From an uncultured Porphyromonadaceae bacterium (GTDB lineage Bacteria; Bacillota; Clostridia; Peptostreptococcales; Anaerovoracaceae), in assembly GCA_963634825.1 (NCBI GenBank), contig CAVHCP010000001.1, positions 24,661 to 88,660 of the forward strand: 64,000 nucleotides of DNA. Reading direction: 5' to 3'. A model generated the notes under the pieces. The model was not told where the DNA came from, made no database searches, and worked only from the letters and a program-made list of their open reading frames with translations. Made by a program: the position numbers and the translations under genes. Below, one piece after another: positions 49,112 to 59,362 of this stretch (positions within the stretch are counted from its first letter, which is position 1; each line of letters begins with the position of its first letter).

Positions 49112-50115
49112 CAGTTCTCCATTTCTATCCCCAGATGTTCATAAGCCTCCTGTGATGCAACTCTGCCTTTTGGTGTCCTGTGCAGCAGACCCTTTTGTAT
49201 CAAATATGGCTCATATACATCCTCTATTGTCACTCGTTCTTCTCCAAGAGAAGCCGCTATAGTATCAATACCTACAGGACCTCCGCCAAACCTTGTTATT
49301 ATAACATTTAATATCTCTCTGTCCAAGTTTTCGAGTCCGAGCATATCTACACCGAGTGCTTCAAGTGCTTTTTTTGTTATATCGAGGTTGATAATGCCAT
49401 CTCCCTTCACCTGAGAAAAGTCCCGAACTCTCTTTAAAATTCGGTTGGCTACGCGCGGGGTACCTCTCGAGCGCATAGCCATCTCTCTCATCGAATCGTC
49501 ATCTACTGCGATGTCAAGTATTGCGGCACTCCTTTTTATTATAGTCGCAAGCTCCTCTGTTGTATAGCTCTCAAATTTCGCCATTACCCCAAATCTGTCC
49601 CTAAGAGGTGCAGAAAGACTACCTGCTCTTGTTGTAGCTCCTATCAAAGTAAATTTGGAAAGGTCAAGGCGTATGGATCGTGCCGATGGTCCTTTGCCTA
49701 TTATAATATCAAGTGCGTAGTCCTCCATTGCACTATATAACACTTCCTCTACAGATCTGTTTAGTCTGTGTATTTCGTCTATAAATAAAACATCATTTTC
49801 GTTTAGGTTTGTAAGAATTGCGGCAAGATCTCCGGCTCTTTCGATAGCAGGTCCCGATGTTATCCTTATCTCTACTCCAAGCTCCTTTGCTATGATGCCC
49901 GCAAGCGTTGTCTTACCAAGCCCCGGCGGCCCATAAAAAAGCACATGATCAAGCGGTTCACCTCGAAGTTTTGCCGCTTCAATAAAAATTTTTAAATTAT
50001 CCGTAACGGCTTTTTGTCCTATATACTCATCTAAGGATTGAGGCCTAAGCGTAAACTCGTTTTTTTCTTCATTTGCATTTTTATATGTATCGGTTATTCT
50101 TTCTTCATCAAACAT
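49111..50115 (-). CDS. ruvB: Holliday junction branch migration helicase RuvB
   Basis: [12 protein letters not shown], Walker [10 protein letters not shown], Walker [13 protein letters not shown]. Confidence 0.97.
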   Translation of the reverse strand: MFDEERITDTYKNANEEKNEFTLRPQSLDEYIGQKAVTDNLKIFIEAAKLRGEPLDHVLFYGPPGLGKTTLAGIIAKELGVEIRITSGPAIERAGDLAAILTNLNENDVLFIDEIHRLNRSVEEVLYSAMEDYALDIIIGKGPSARSIRLDLSKFTLIGATTRAGSLSAPLRDRFGVMAKFESYTTEELATIIKRSAAILDIAVDDDSMREMAMRSRGTPRVANRILKRVRDFSQVKGDGIINLDITKKALEALGVDMLGLENLDREILNVIITRFGGGPVGIDTIAASLGEERVTIEDVYEPYLIQKGLLHRTPKGRVASQEAYEHLGIEMEN

Positions 50116-50126
50116 CTATATGCCTC

Positions 50127-50723
50127 CTAAATATTTTTTAGCGCCTGTTTGATACACTCTTCTACTGTCAGCGTATCCGCCGGTATCTTCGATATTGCGC
50201 TACTTGCTTCCATACGAGAATACCCAAGACCGACAAGTGCTTCGAGTGCTTCGTTTTCTATATTATGATCCGCAAATTTATCGCCACCTGTTTTTGTAAC
50301 TTCGTCGCCGTCTGCAATATAATCCTTAAATTGATCCTTTAGATCGAGAACGATTCTCTGAGCCGTTTTTTTGCCAATACCGTTTGCTCTTGTAAATTGC
50401 GCATAATCTTCAAAGGTAACAGCCTTTTTTATTTCGTTTGCGCTCAATGCCGAAAATATCGCAAGCGCCGCCTTTGCTCCTACACCATTTATACCTATCA
50501 GCTTTCTGAATATATCAAGCTCTTCCCTGTTTTCGAAGCCATAAAGACTCATATCGTCTTCTCTTACAATCATCACGGTATATACCTTTATGCTCTCATT
50601 TACCTCCATTAGGTAAAATGTGCTATTTGTAGGTACATTTATATTGTATCCTATGCCCGCGGTTTCTACTACTATTGAATTTTCGCCTTTATATGCGAGT
50701 ATGCCCTTTATATAATTTATCAA
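50127..50723 (-). CDS. ruvA: Holliday junction DNA helicase RuvA
   Basis: MINYIKGIL..VVETAGIGYNI, and HhH motifs LIGINGVGAKAALAI and ANGIGKKTAQRI. Confidence 0.93.
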   Translation of the reverse strand: MINYIKGILAYKGENSIVVETAGIGYNINVPTNSTFYLMEVNESIKVYTVMIVREDDMSLYGFENREELDIFRKLIGINGVGAKAALAIFSALSANEIKKAVTFEDYAQFTRANGIGKKTAQRIVLDLKDQFKDYIADGDEVTKTGGDKFADHNIENEALEALVGLGYSRMEASSAISKIPADTLTVEECIKQALKNI

Positions 50724-50724
50724 T

Positions 50725-51240
50725 TTATCTGCCTTTCATTAGTTCTTTCATTTTTTTTATCTTATCATTGTCGGAAGTGCTATGCGCGTGACAAACTGCC
50801 GCCGCAAGAGCATCCGCCGTATCATCGGGCTTTGGAATTTCGGGAAGCGACAATATAGTCTTGACCATCATCTGGACCTGTTTTTTGTCGGCACGCCCAT
50901 ATCCCGTAAGCGCCTGTTTTATTTGAAGCGGTGTGTATTCGGCTATCGGAAGTCCGCTATTTGCGGCAGCCAGTATAGCCACACCTCTCGCCTCTCCTAC
51001 CTTTATTGCCGTCTTTGTATTTGTGTTAAAAAAAAGTTCCTCAACAGCTACCTCATCCGGCTCTGATTGCTGTATTATATTCATTATCGAGTAATAAATA
51101 TGCTTCAATCTGTCAGGCATATCAACCCCTGCATCAGTTGTAACAGCCCCATAATCAATTACGGAAAACTTATTTCCTACTTTTTCTATTATGCCATATC
51201 CGAGTATCGCATATCCGGGATCTATTCCTAGTATCTTCAT
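50725..51240 (-). CDS. ruvC: crossover junction endodeoxyribonuclease RuvC
   Basis: [38 protein letters not shown]. Confidence 0.92.
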   Translation of the reverse strand: MKILGIDPGYAILGYGIIEKVGNKFSVIDYGAVTTDAGVDMPDRLKHIYYSIMNIIQQSEPDEVAVEELFFNTNTKTAIKVGEARGVAILAAANSGLPIAEYTPLQIKQALTGYGRADKKQVQMMVKTILSLPEIPKPDDTADALAAAVCHAHSTSDNDKIKKMKELMKGR

Positions 51241-51280
51241 TTTTATCTCCTATTTTTATTCCTTAAAAATTATATCATCT

Positions 51281-51292
51281 AAACATATGTTT
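51281..51292. promoter_or_regulatory. perfect 12-bp palindrome AAACATATGTTT, a degenerate LexA-box candidate upstream of ruvC
   Basis: Located 41 nt upstream of the ruvC ATG. Both half-sites deviate from GAAC/GTTC at the outer base. Confidence 0.25.
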
Positions 51293-51306
51293 GTCCATAT
51301 TACATA

Positions 51307-51335
51307 TTGAAAGTCTTATCGCTCTAATGTATACT
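51307..51335 (+). promoter_or_regulatory. putative argR-recN promoter
   Basis: TTGAAA-17 nt-TATACT, 57 nt upstream of the argR ATG. Confidence 0.5.
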
Positions 51336-51392
51336 TGTATTGTATATATGCATGAGCTTTGCTCACTGATTTTTTTATGAAAGGAATAAAAA

Positions 51393-51839
51393 ATGCGCTA
51401 TTCAAGACAAAATAAAATACTGGAGCTTATTTCCACTTATGAGATAGACACACAGGAAAATCTCTGCCAGCTACTGAGAAATGCCGGCTATAATGTAACT
51501 CAGGCTACTATTTCCCGTGATATCAAGGAGCTACAGCTCATAAAAACCTTATCTCCTTCGGGAAAGTATAAATATGCAGTTTCAACAAGCAATGACGGTC
51601 CTGTAAACGATCGTTTTATAAAGATTTTTAAGGAAACTATTTTAAGCGTTAAATCTTCGGGCAATATCATTTTGGTAAAGACTTTGACAGGCTGTGCAAA
51701 TGCAGCGGCAGAGGCTATAGATTCCTTTGGAATACCAAATACTATCGGCTCGCTTGCCGGTGACAACACTATAATAATAGTTGCTGATTCCGAGGAAAAT
51801 GTCCCAAAGATTATGGAAAAATTTAACACTATTTTGTAA
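51393..51839 (+). CDS. argR: arginine repressor
   Basis: RQNKILELISTYEIDTQENL..GYNVTQATISRDIKEL, and the C-terminal oligomerisation/arginine-binding region GSLAGDNTIIIV. Confidence 0.92.
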   Translation: MRYSRQNKILELISTYEIDTQENLCQLLRNAGYNVTQATISRDIKELQLIKTLSPSGKYKYAVSTSNDGPVNDRFIKIFKETILSVKSSGNIILVKTLTGCANAAAEAIDSFGIPNTIGSLAGDNTIIIVADSEENVPKIMEKFNTIL

Positions 51840-51890
51840 TTTATGCTATAATACAATCATCATTATAATAATCAACATTAGGAGTATGCA

Positions 51891-53504
51891 ATGCTAAATC
51901 ACTTGAGCATAAAAAATTTCGCAATCATAGAAGATGCGGAAATCAATTTTAATAAGGGATTAAATATCATAACCGGCGAATCAGGCTCGGGCAAATCCAT
52001 TGTGGTAGAAGCTATAAGCTTGGCACTGGGTTGCAGAGCTGATTCTTCTTATATACGAACCGGTGCCGATAAGGCTGTTATACAGCTTGTTGCCGATTAT
52101 TTGCACACTGATTATGTCATAACCCGTGAGCTTTCGACAAATGGCAAAAACATTTGCAAGATCAATGGTGAGATTGTAAGTCTTGCGCAATTACAATCGC
52201 TAACCTCTAAAATTGCAGACCTGCACGGGCAGTATGACAATCAGCTTTTGCTAAATCCCGCACTTCATATTGCAATTGTAGATGTGTACGAAAAAAGCAC
52301 TATTTTCCCGGCAAGAGAGCGTGTAGCCGAGCTATATAACTCCTACGTGGAAATAACAAATAAAATCAATGCGAAAAAAAGCGCATTAGAGCAGTCTAAA
52401 GAAAAGCTCGAGCTCAAGCAGTTCGAATTAAATGAAATAGAGAGTGCCTCGCTTGTTTTAGGTGAGGATGTCTCATTGCAAGAAAAATTAACGGAATGCA
52501 AAAACAGAGAAAAAATTTATCGCGCATTTGAAGAGGTTTCTTCTATGGCAGATAATGATAATTTCTCGCTCCTATCTTCACTAAATAATATCCAGCTTTC
52601 GCTGAAGGAAATCCGCAACATCTCGAGAGATGCGGCTACTGTTGAAGATGAGCTTTCGGATATATATTACAGGCTTGATGATCTTTTTAGCAGAGTCAGA
52701 AGATATAAAGAAAAGCTTTCATTCTCGGCTGAGGATCTCGATCTTTTGACAGAGAGAATGGATACTATCACAACTTTAAAACGCAAATATGGCAATTCTA
52801 TAGAAGATATTTTGAATTATGCGGATAAATTGCGTAAAGAACTCAACTCGTTATCGACTATGGATCTTGATATTTCAAGTATGCTAATCGAGCAAGAGCG
52901 CGTAGGCGATATGCTCAAAAAAACGACCGAGCAGCTTACAAAGCTACGCAAAAGAAGTGCTTTGGCACTTGAGGAAAAAATACAAAACGAATTACAAGAT
53001 TTGAATTTTGAAAATTCACGTGTGCATATTGCAGTCGAGCGTATGAACAAATATACATCAAATGGTATCGATGCCGTCGAATTTATGATAAGCACAAACG
53101 CAGGAGAGCCTCTCAAACCGCTTGCTAAAATAGCCTCAGGTGGTGAGCTTTCCAGGATAATGCTCGCCTTTAAGAGCGTAATAGGCGAATATGACAAGAT
53201 AGATACTATGATCTTTGATGAAATAGATAATGGCATAAGCGGTCAGACGGCGGCTGTAGTAGGCAAAAAGCTCCTTGCAATCTCGCAAAAGCACCAAATA
53301 ATTTCGATCACTCACCTGCCACAAATAGCCGCACTCAGCAATCACAGCTATAAGATCGAAAAGACTACAAACAACTTTACAACCACTGCTACTATAAGGC
53401 ATCTCAATGACCACGAAAAAGTCGAAGAAATAGCACGACTTCTCAGCGGTGACAGCGTCACTGATGTGGCAATAGAAAATGCCAAATCGCTTATAAATAA
53501 ATAG
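51891..53504 (+). CDS. recN: DNA repair protein RecN
   Basis: MLNHLSIKNFAIIEDAEINF, Walker A GESGSGKS, long coiled coil, ASGGELSRIMLA, Walker B MIFDEIDNGISG. Classical argR-recN pairing. Confidence 0.93.
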   Translation: MLNHLSIKNFAIIEDAEINFNKGLNIITGESGSGKSIVVEAISLALGCRADSSYIRTGADKAVIQLVADYLHTDYVITRELSTNGKNICKINGEIVSLAQLQSLTSKIADLHGQYDNQLLLNPALHIAIVDVYEKSTIFPARERVAELYNSYVEITNKINAKKSALEQSKEKLELKQFELNEIESASLVLGEDVSLQEKLTECKNREKIYRAFEEVSSMADNDNFSLLSSLNNIQLSLKEIRNISRDAATVEDELSDIYYRLDDLFSRVRRYKEKLSFSAEDLDLLTERMDTITTLKRKYGNSIEDILNYADKLRKELNSLSTMDLDISSMLIEQERVGDMLKKTTEQLTKLRKRSALALEEKIQNELQDLNFENSRVHIAVERMNKYTSNGIDAVEFMISTNAGEPLKPLAKIASGGELSRIMLAFKSVIGEYDKIDTMIFDEIDNGISGQTAAVVGKKLLAISQKHQIISITHLPQIAALSNHSYKIEKTTNNFTTTATIRHLNDHEKVEEIARLLSGDSVTDVAIENAKSLINK

Positions 53505-53525
53505 AAGGCAACATCACTTACAAAC

Positions 53526-53557
53526 AAAAAGAAGGTCAAAACGCCTTCTTTTTTTTT
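53526..53557. terminator. bidirectional intrinsic terminator between recN and the convergent yerC-like gene
   Basis: AAAAAGAAGG-TCAAAACG-CCTTCTTTTTTTTT. Confidence 0.75.
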
Positions 53558-53603
53558 ATAAATACCATCATTAATACTGAGCATATGCTTTTTTTATGGA
53601 AGC

Positions 53604-53912
53604 TCAATCGCCTTGTGATAAATCTTTTAATTTGCCTAAGATAATTTTATATCCATCCGCTCCGTAAAGCAGACATTTATTTACACGACTTATCGTTGCA
53701 GTAGATGCTTTTGTTATCTTCTCAACTTCGCTATATGTCTTCCCCTCGTCCAAAAGCTTTGCAACCTGCCATCTTTGAGATATAGCATTTATCTCATTTA
53801 TCGTACATATATCCTCAAAAAACTTATAGCATTCCTTTTTATCTTCAAGTAAAAGTATTGCCTCAAAAAGCTCCTCAAGCTCTCTTTTTTTAGATTTTGA
53901 TACCGTTGACAT
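53604..53912 (-). CDS. TrpR-like YerC/YecD family protein
   Basis: 102 aa. LFEAILLLEDKKECYKFFEDICTINEINAISQRWQVAKLL..ATISRVNKCL is typical of the YerC family. Confidence 0.8.
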   Translation of the reverse strand: MSTVSKSKKRELEELFEAILLLEDKKECYKFFEDICTINEINAISQRWQVAKLLDEGKTYSEVEKITKASTATISRVNKCLLYGADGYKIILGKLKDLSQGD

Positions 53913-53987
53913 AATAATATAGCCTCCTTTGTCGCTTTAACACTTTAAAGAAGTGATATGCCTGTGCATTTTGATTATACCATCGCA

Positions 53988-55628
53988 CTATTTCTCAGTC
54001 AAATGTATCGAAGATATACAAACTTGTACATTTTTATTGCCACGCCATCTGTTAAAACCTATCGTGCCGATCACATCTATGCCTTTTGCAGTCTCAACGG
54101 TCTTTTTGTCATCATCGCTTATATTAAAGTATATACATCCAATATCTTCTTTGTCTTTTTTTATATATGTGCGCATATGTTTTTTTTCGTCACCAAGATA
54201 TGATATGGCATCAAGCTCGCAATTTTTTATCGCAAAAATCGGCTTTTCATTTTTATTGCCAAACGGTTCAAGCAGCTCTATTTGTGTCACAAGCTCTTCA
54301 TCTATATCCTCAGGGTTTATCTCTACAAAAGAATCATCTTCCGAAGGCTTGATCTCCGGAATATAATCTTTCATTGTCTTTTCGACATTTTCTTGCAAGA
54401 GCTTTAAATTTTCTTTTTTTATGGAAAAACCACACGCCCCTCTGTGACCTCCGAACTTCTCGAAAATTTTGCTTTCCTTGCTCAAAATTTTAAATATATC
54501 TACTTCTTCTATGCTCCTGCAAGTGCCCTTATATATTTTTTTGTCCGCTTCGCTTTCTGTCACTATTGCAAATGGTTTTTGGCAATATTCCTTCATCTTG
54601 CCGGCTACTATTCCGCAAATACCCTCGTGAGCTTTTGGCAAATAAACGATCGGAAAGAGACTGTCAGTATAATCTCTTTCATATAGATCGATACACCTCT
54701 CATAATCATTTTCCTGTATTTTCTTCCTTTGGCTGTTTAGCTCTATCAAATTTTTTGCATATTCGCTCGCCTCTTTTTCATCACCTGATATGAGGCACTT
54801 AATCGCAATGTCTGTACTTCCCATTCGTCCTGCGGCATTGATGCTCGGAATAACATAATATGCTAAGTTTTCAGAATTTATTTCATTATTTATCAGATTT
54901 TTTACGAGATAATCAAGACCCTTTCTCTTGCCAAGTAAAATTTTATTTATTCCGTATTTTACTATTGTCCTATTCTCATCGACTAATGGCATCACATCAG
55001 CTATGGTACCTATAGCAACGAGATCAAGAAGCTCATTTAAAAATGCTTTTTCAAATCCGACCTCTCGCTGAAGCGCCTGCGCAAGCTTGAACACAACTCC
55101 GCAACCGGCAAGATGCTCAAATGGATAATCGCACCTCTTCTGCTTAGGATTTATTACAATAGTATCCTGCGGGAAGTTATCACCTTGGTTGTGATGGTCT
55201 GTGACAAGCACCTGCATACCTTTTTCCTTTGCATAGGCAATTTCCTTTGCGCCAGTTATACCACAATCGACGGTCACTATCAGCTCAACGCCATCATTTT
55301 GGAGTCTGTCTATAGCCGTCATATTTAATCCATACCCTTCGTCAAATCTGCTCGGTATATAATATGTCACATCAGCTCCTATATGCCTCAACACTGTCAA
55401 TAAAATAGATGTCGAGGTTATGCCGTCGACATCATAATCACCATAGACGCAAATTTTTTTATCGTCACTTATAGCACTCAAAATCAAATCCACTCCTTCT
55501 TTCATACCAAAAAGCAGGAATGGATCATATGTAAGACGAGGAACAGGTGATAAAAATTCCTGTATTTTTTCATCACCTGTTATACCCCTTTTATTTAAAA
55601 TCTGTAAAATTATTTTATTTGTGTTCAT
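53988..55628 (-). CDS. recJ: single-stranded-DNA-specific exonuclease RecJ
   Basis: DHH motifs: VYGDYDVDGITS, TVDCG, LVTDHHN. DHHA1 motif: GGHRGACGFSI. Confidence 0.9.
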   Translation of the reverse strand: MNTNKIILQILNKRGITGDEKIQEFLSPVPRLTYDPFLLFGMKEGVDLILSAISDDKKICVYGDYDVDGITSTSILLTVLRHIGADVTYYIPSRFDEGYGLNMTAIDRLQNDGVELIVTVDCGITGAKEIAYAKEKGMQVLVTDHHNQGDNFPQDTIVINPKQKRCDYPFEHLAGCGVVFKLAQALQREVGFEKAFLNELLDLVAIGTIADVMPLVDENRTIVKYGINKILLGKRKGLDYLVKNLINNEINSENLAYYVIPSINAAGRMGSTDIAIKCLISGDEKEASEYAKNLIELNSQRKKIQENDYERCIDLYERDYTDSLFPIVYLPKAHEGICGIVAGKMKEYCQKPFAIVTESEADKKIYKGTCRSIEEVDIFKILSKESKIFEKFGGHRGACGFSIKKENLKLLQENVEKTMKDYIPEIKPSEDDSFVEINPEDIDEELVTQIELLEPFGNKNEKPIFAIKNCELDAISYLGDEKKHMRTYIKKDKEDIGCIYFNISDDDKKTVETAKGIDVIGTIGFNRWRGNKNVQVCISSIHLTEK

Positions 55629-55629
55629 A

Positions 55630-56757
55630 TTATAAATAGTTTAATGGATTTACCGGTGTACCATTTACACGAATCTCAAAGTGACAATGAGGACCTGAAG
55701 AATTTCCTGTACTGCCGGCATATGCAACCACCTGTGCTTTGCTGACCTTTTGTCCTACGCTGACAGCTATCCTGCTATTGTGCGCATATCCTGTCGACAT
55801 ACCATTGCCGTGGTCTATTAGAACGAAATTGCCATATCCGCCAAGCCAGCCTGCATAAATAACCTTGCCTGCCTTTGAAGCATGTATAGGTGTACCTGTA
55901 GAAACAGCAATATCAAGTCCTAAATGAGGTACTGTATCCCACTTTGCATTAAATGCACCAAAGCCTCTTGATATCCTGCCGCTGCACGGATATCCAAATC
56001 CCTGACCTGATTCGCTTGGGGAAGGAGTATATCCGCCACCGCCACTACTGCTGCCTCCGCTACTGCTGCTGCTCGAATTTTTCTTAATCATAGCTGCTAT
56101 TTTAGCCGAGTCGGCACGCCAAGTATCTATCTTATCTTCGAGACTTGAATTCTCCGAATTTATCTCTTTGTTTAATGACGCGAGTTTTTCGTAGCTTGCA
56201 TCAAGCTCCTCTTGCTTTTTATTTAGCTCTGTTTGCTTTGCTGTTAAAGTTTTTGCTACATCATTTAAAGCATCATGTTTTGTCTTTAACTTTGCAACTA
56301 CATCTTTGTCGCTCTTGAAAAGATATTGCACCATCGAAAAGTTGTTAAACAAATCCGAAATATTATCCGAGCTTAGCATTACATCCACAAGCCCGAGGCT
56401 ACCGCTCTTATACATAGTTCTGAGTCTTGATGAGAGATCTTTATTTCCTTTTTCGAGCTCCTGTGCCGCTGCCTCAAGCTTATCATTTGCTTTTTTTACC
56501 TCTGACTCAAGTGCGTCAACTTCCTCCTGAGACGCATCTATCTGAGACTGTATTTTTTTCATTTTAGCATTATTTTCTGCCTTTGTTTCGTTATTTTCGT
56601 CTATCTGATCCTGCGCATTATCTATCTTTTTTTGCAAGCTCTTTTGTGTTTCCTTCGCACTTACCTCTTTGATGCCTGCAACCGCAATAAACAGCGTCAG
56701 TACCATCGTAAGTGACAATACGATACATAATGCCTTTCTTAAAGCTCCTTCTCTCAT
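55630..56757 (-). CDS. coiled-coil M23 (LytM) peptidoglycan endopeptidase, EnvC-like partner of FtsEX
   Basis: Signal/TM segment, about 200-aa coiled coil, Ser/Gly linker, and a LytM domain with intact HLGLD (HxxxD) and HCHFE (HxH). Confidence 0.85.
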   Translation of the reverse strand: MREGALRKALCIVLSLTMVLTLFIAVAGIKEVSAKETQKSLQKKIDNAQDQIDENNETKAENNAKMKKIQSQIDASQEEVDALESEVKKANDKLEAAAQELEKGNKDLSSRLRTMYKSGSLGLVDVMLSSDNISDLFNNFSMVQYLFKSDKDVVAKLKTKHDALNDVAKTLTAKQTELNKKQEELDASYEKLASLNKEINSENSSLEDKIDTWRADSAKIAAMIKKNSSSSSSGGSSSGGGGYTPSPSESGQGFGYPCSGRISRGFGAFNAKWDTVPHLGLDIAVSTGTPIHASKAGKVIYAGWLGGYGNFVLIDHGNGMSTGYAHNSRIAVSVGQKVSKAQVVAYAGSTGNSSGPHCHFEIRVNGTPVNPLNYL

Positions 56758-56815
56758 TTAAGCCTCCTTTTTGTTTCTTTTCTTATCATTTCATCTTGTT
56801 GCATATACTATTTTA

Positions 56816-57709
56816 CTATTTTGTATCGAGGAATCTCCTCATTGAAATCATACTTCCCCAAGCACCTATGCTTATGCCAAGGGCTATAAATATCAAAACT
56901 AAGTTAAATGCCAAAAATCCGAGCGGTACAAGTGATACCGAGAGTATCGAGAGTACATCTGCCCCTATAAATTTCTTTACGGACGCATATATTAAAACAA
57001 TCAAGCCTGATGAAATTATCGCCGAAAAGAATCCTATCAATATACCCTCGAGCAAAAATGGTGCCCTTATAAACCAGTTCGTCGCTCCGACATATTTCAT
57101 AATTATGATCTCATCAGATCTGTTAAATACTGTCAACTTGATAGTATTAGATACTACTATAATCGATACGAGGATCAATATTGCCATAACTATAACCGCA
57201 GCAATCTGAAATCCTTTTGTCGCAGATACGAGTTTTTCGACCGTATCCTTGTAGAAATTGACATCCTCTGCCCCGGTTATCTTTTCTGCTTTTGCGGCAA
57301 CCGTATCAGCATCTTCAAGCGAATTAACAGTTATTACTATCGAGTTTGGAAGAGGATTTGTCGATAAACCGTCTAACAGATAACCATTATCGCCCCATCT
57401 TACCTTTAGTATTTCCAGAGCCTCTGCCTTTGTCCTGACAGTTACGGTATCAACCTGATCCCATTTTTCGACATCTTCTTTAGTCTTATTTATTTGATCC
57501 ATCGAAACTTCGTCCTTAAAAAAGACCTCGATGTTATTATAATCATTTTTTACAGTTTCGGCAGCAGTATTGATATTTACTATAAGCATAAAGAATATGC
57601 CAAGGATTATCATCATCGCTGTTATCGCAAAAAACGATGTAGCTGTCATACCCTTATTTCTTCTTATCTGTTTGAAAGCCTGTTTTAGTGAATACGAAAA
57701 CTTACTCAT
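56816..57709 (-). CDS. ftsX: cell division permease-like protein FtsX
   Basis: MSKFSYSLKQAFKQIRRNKGMT, a large extracellular loop, and three C-terminal TM segments. Start placed at the ATG at 57709 (SD GGGAGGTG), overlapping the ftsE stop. Confidence 0.88.
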   Translation of the reverse strand: MSKFSYSLKQAFKQIRRNKGMTATSFFAITAMMIILGIFFMLIVNINTAAETVKNDYNNIEVFFKDEVSMDQINKTKEDVEKWDQVDTVTVRTKAEALEILKVRWGDNGYLLDGLSTNPLPNSIVITVNSLEDADTVAAKAEKITGAEDVNFYKDTVEKLVSATKGFQIAAVIVMAILILVSIIVVSNTIKLTVFNRSDEIIIMKYVGATNWFIRAPFLLEGILIGFFSAIISSGLIVLIYASVKKFIGADVLSILSVSLVPLGFLAFNLVLIFIALGISIGAWGSMISMRRFLDTK

Positions 57710-58430
57710 CGTCATCACCTCCCAGGATTTCGTCAAGACCGTTATCTGTATCCTCATATAGCTTGTATTCGCCTATATCATCTCTAACGATCTTGCCTTG
57801 ATTTATAGTTACAACTCTCTTTTTCATCCTGTCTACTATGTCCTGTGCGTGTGTAACCATAACTATTGTAGTCCCTCTTTTATTTATTTCATTTAAAAGT
57901 GTCATTATTTCCCATGCTGTCGCAGGATCAAGGTTACCTGTCGGTTCGTCTGCAATAAGCATTGACGGCTTATTTATAATAGCTCTTGCTATTGCTACCC
58001 TCTGCTGTTCTCCCGCCGAAAGCTCATCCGGAAACATATCCTTTTTTGATGATATACCCATCAGACTCAATGCTCTTGGCACCTGCTTTTTTATCTGTCT
58101 TTTGGATTTGTGAACAATCTCCATTGCAAATGCAACATTTTCAAAAACTGTTTTATTAGGAAGTAGTCTAAAGTCTTGAAAAATCATACCGATATTTCTT
58201 CTGTGTATCGGCAAAAGTCTGCTGGAAAGATTTACAACATCCCTTCCCATAACTTCTATCGAGCCTTCGTCTGCATCTATCTCCTTCATAATAAGCTTTA
58301 TAAATGTGGATTTGCCCGCTCCGCTCGGTCCGACCAAGAATACGAACTCTCCACGATTTATTTCGATACAAACATCCTCAAGCCCGACATTTGTAGCGTA
58401 CCTTTTTGTAACATGATCAAATTTTATCAT
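57702..58430 (-). CDS. ftsE: cell division ATP-binding protein FtsE
   Basis: MIKFDHVTKRY, Walker A GPSGAGKST, signature LSAGEQQRV, Walker B LIADEPTGNLD. Confidence 0.93.
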   Translation of the reverse strand: MIKFDHVTKRYATNVGLEDVCIEINRGEFVFLVGPSGAGKSTFIKLIMKEIDADEGSIEVMGRDVVNLSSRLLPIHRRNIGMIFQDFRLLPNKTVFENVAFAMEIVHKSKRQIKKQVPRALSLMGISSKKDMFPDELSAGEQQRVAIARAIINKPSMLIADEPTGNLDPATAWEIMTLLNEINKRGTTIVMVTHAQDIVDRMKKRVVTINQGKIVRDDIGEYKLYEDTDNGLDEILGGDDDE

Positions 58431-59362
58431 TTGAACAATTCCTTTCTTGCTTTATTCACTATTTCATCTGCGCTCATCTTGTATTTTGCAAGTAGCTCTT
58501 TTGGCTTTCCTGATTCGCCATATGTGTCATTTTGACCTACCATTGCAATTTTGCAAGGCGCATTTGTTGCAGTTACCTCTGCAACGGCACTGCCAAGTCC
58601 GCCTATTATAGAATGCTCCTCGGCTGTAATTATAAAACCTGTCTCATTTGACGCTTTTATGATTGCTTCCTTGTCGATTGGCTTTATCGTATGCATATCT
58701 ATAACCTGTGCATTTATGCCGTCTTTTTGCAATATATCAGCGGCGATCATAGCTTCATTAACCATAATCCCTGTTGCTATTATACTCACATCGCTTCCAT
58801 TTTTCAACAAATGGGCTTTGCCTATTTCAAGTTTCACATTATCATCATAGAAAACGGGCACTGCCGCTCTGCCGAGTCTGACGTATGCCGGACCTTGCAT
58901 ATTTATAGCTTGTCTAAGCAACTGCTTTGCGCTGACATCATCACAAGGATTTAATACTGTCATTCCCGGAATAGTACGCATAAGAGCCAAATCCTCAAAT
59001 GTCTGGTGACTGGCACCATCCTCACCTACTGTTATACCTGCGTGAGAAGCACAAATTTTGACATTTGCTCTCGTATATCCAATCGAATTTCTTATGATTT
59101 CAAATGCTCTTTCGGCCGCAAACATCGCAAATGTAGATGCGCATACAGTCTTGCCGGAAAGCGCTATACCTGCCGCCATAGCATAAAGATTTTGCTCGGC
59201 TATACCGGCATTAAAAAATCTTTCGGGATAAACTTTTTTAAATTCGCCTGTTTTTGTTGAGCCCGAGAGATCCGCATCCATTACTACAAGATTTGGATTT
59301 TCTCCTCCCATTTCCACAAGGATTTCTCCATACGACTGTCTTGTTGCTATTTTATCTGCCAT
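58427..59362 (-). CDS. transketolase, C-terminal (pyrimidine-binding) subunit
   Basis: ATRQSYGEILVEMG..DADLSGST..FFNAGIAEQN; 311 aa, contiguous with the N-terminal subunit gene. Confidence 0.9.
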   Translation of the reverse strand: MADKIATRQSYGEILVEMGGENPNLVVMDADLSGSTKTGEFKKVYPERFFNAGIAEQNLYAMAAGIALSGKTVCASTFAMFAAERAFEIIRNSIGYTRANVKICASHAGITVGEDGASHQTFEDLALMRTIPGMTVLNPCDDVSAKQLLRQAINMQGPAYVRLGRAAVPVFYDDNVKLEIGKAHLLKNGSDVSIIATGIMVNEAMIAADILQKDGINAQVIDMHTIKPIDKEAIIKASNETGFIITAEEHSIIGGLGSAVAEVTATNAPCKIAMVGQNDTYGESGKPKELLAKYKMSADEIVNKARKELFK

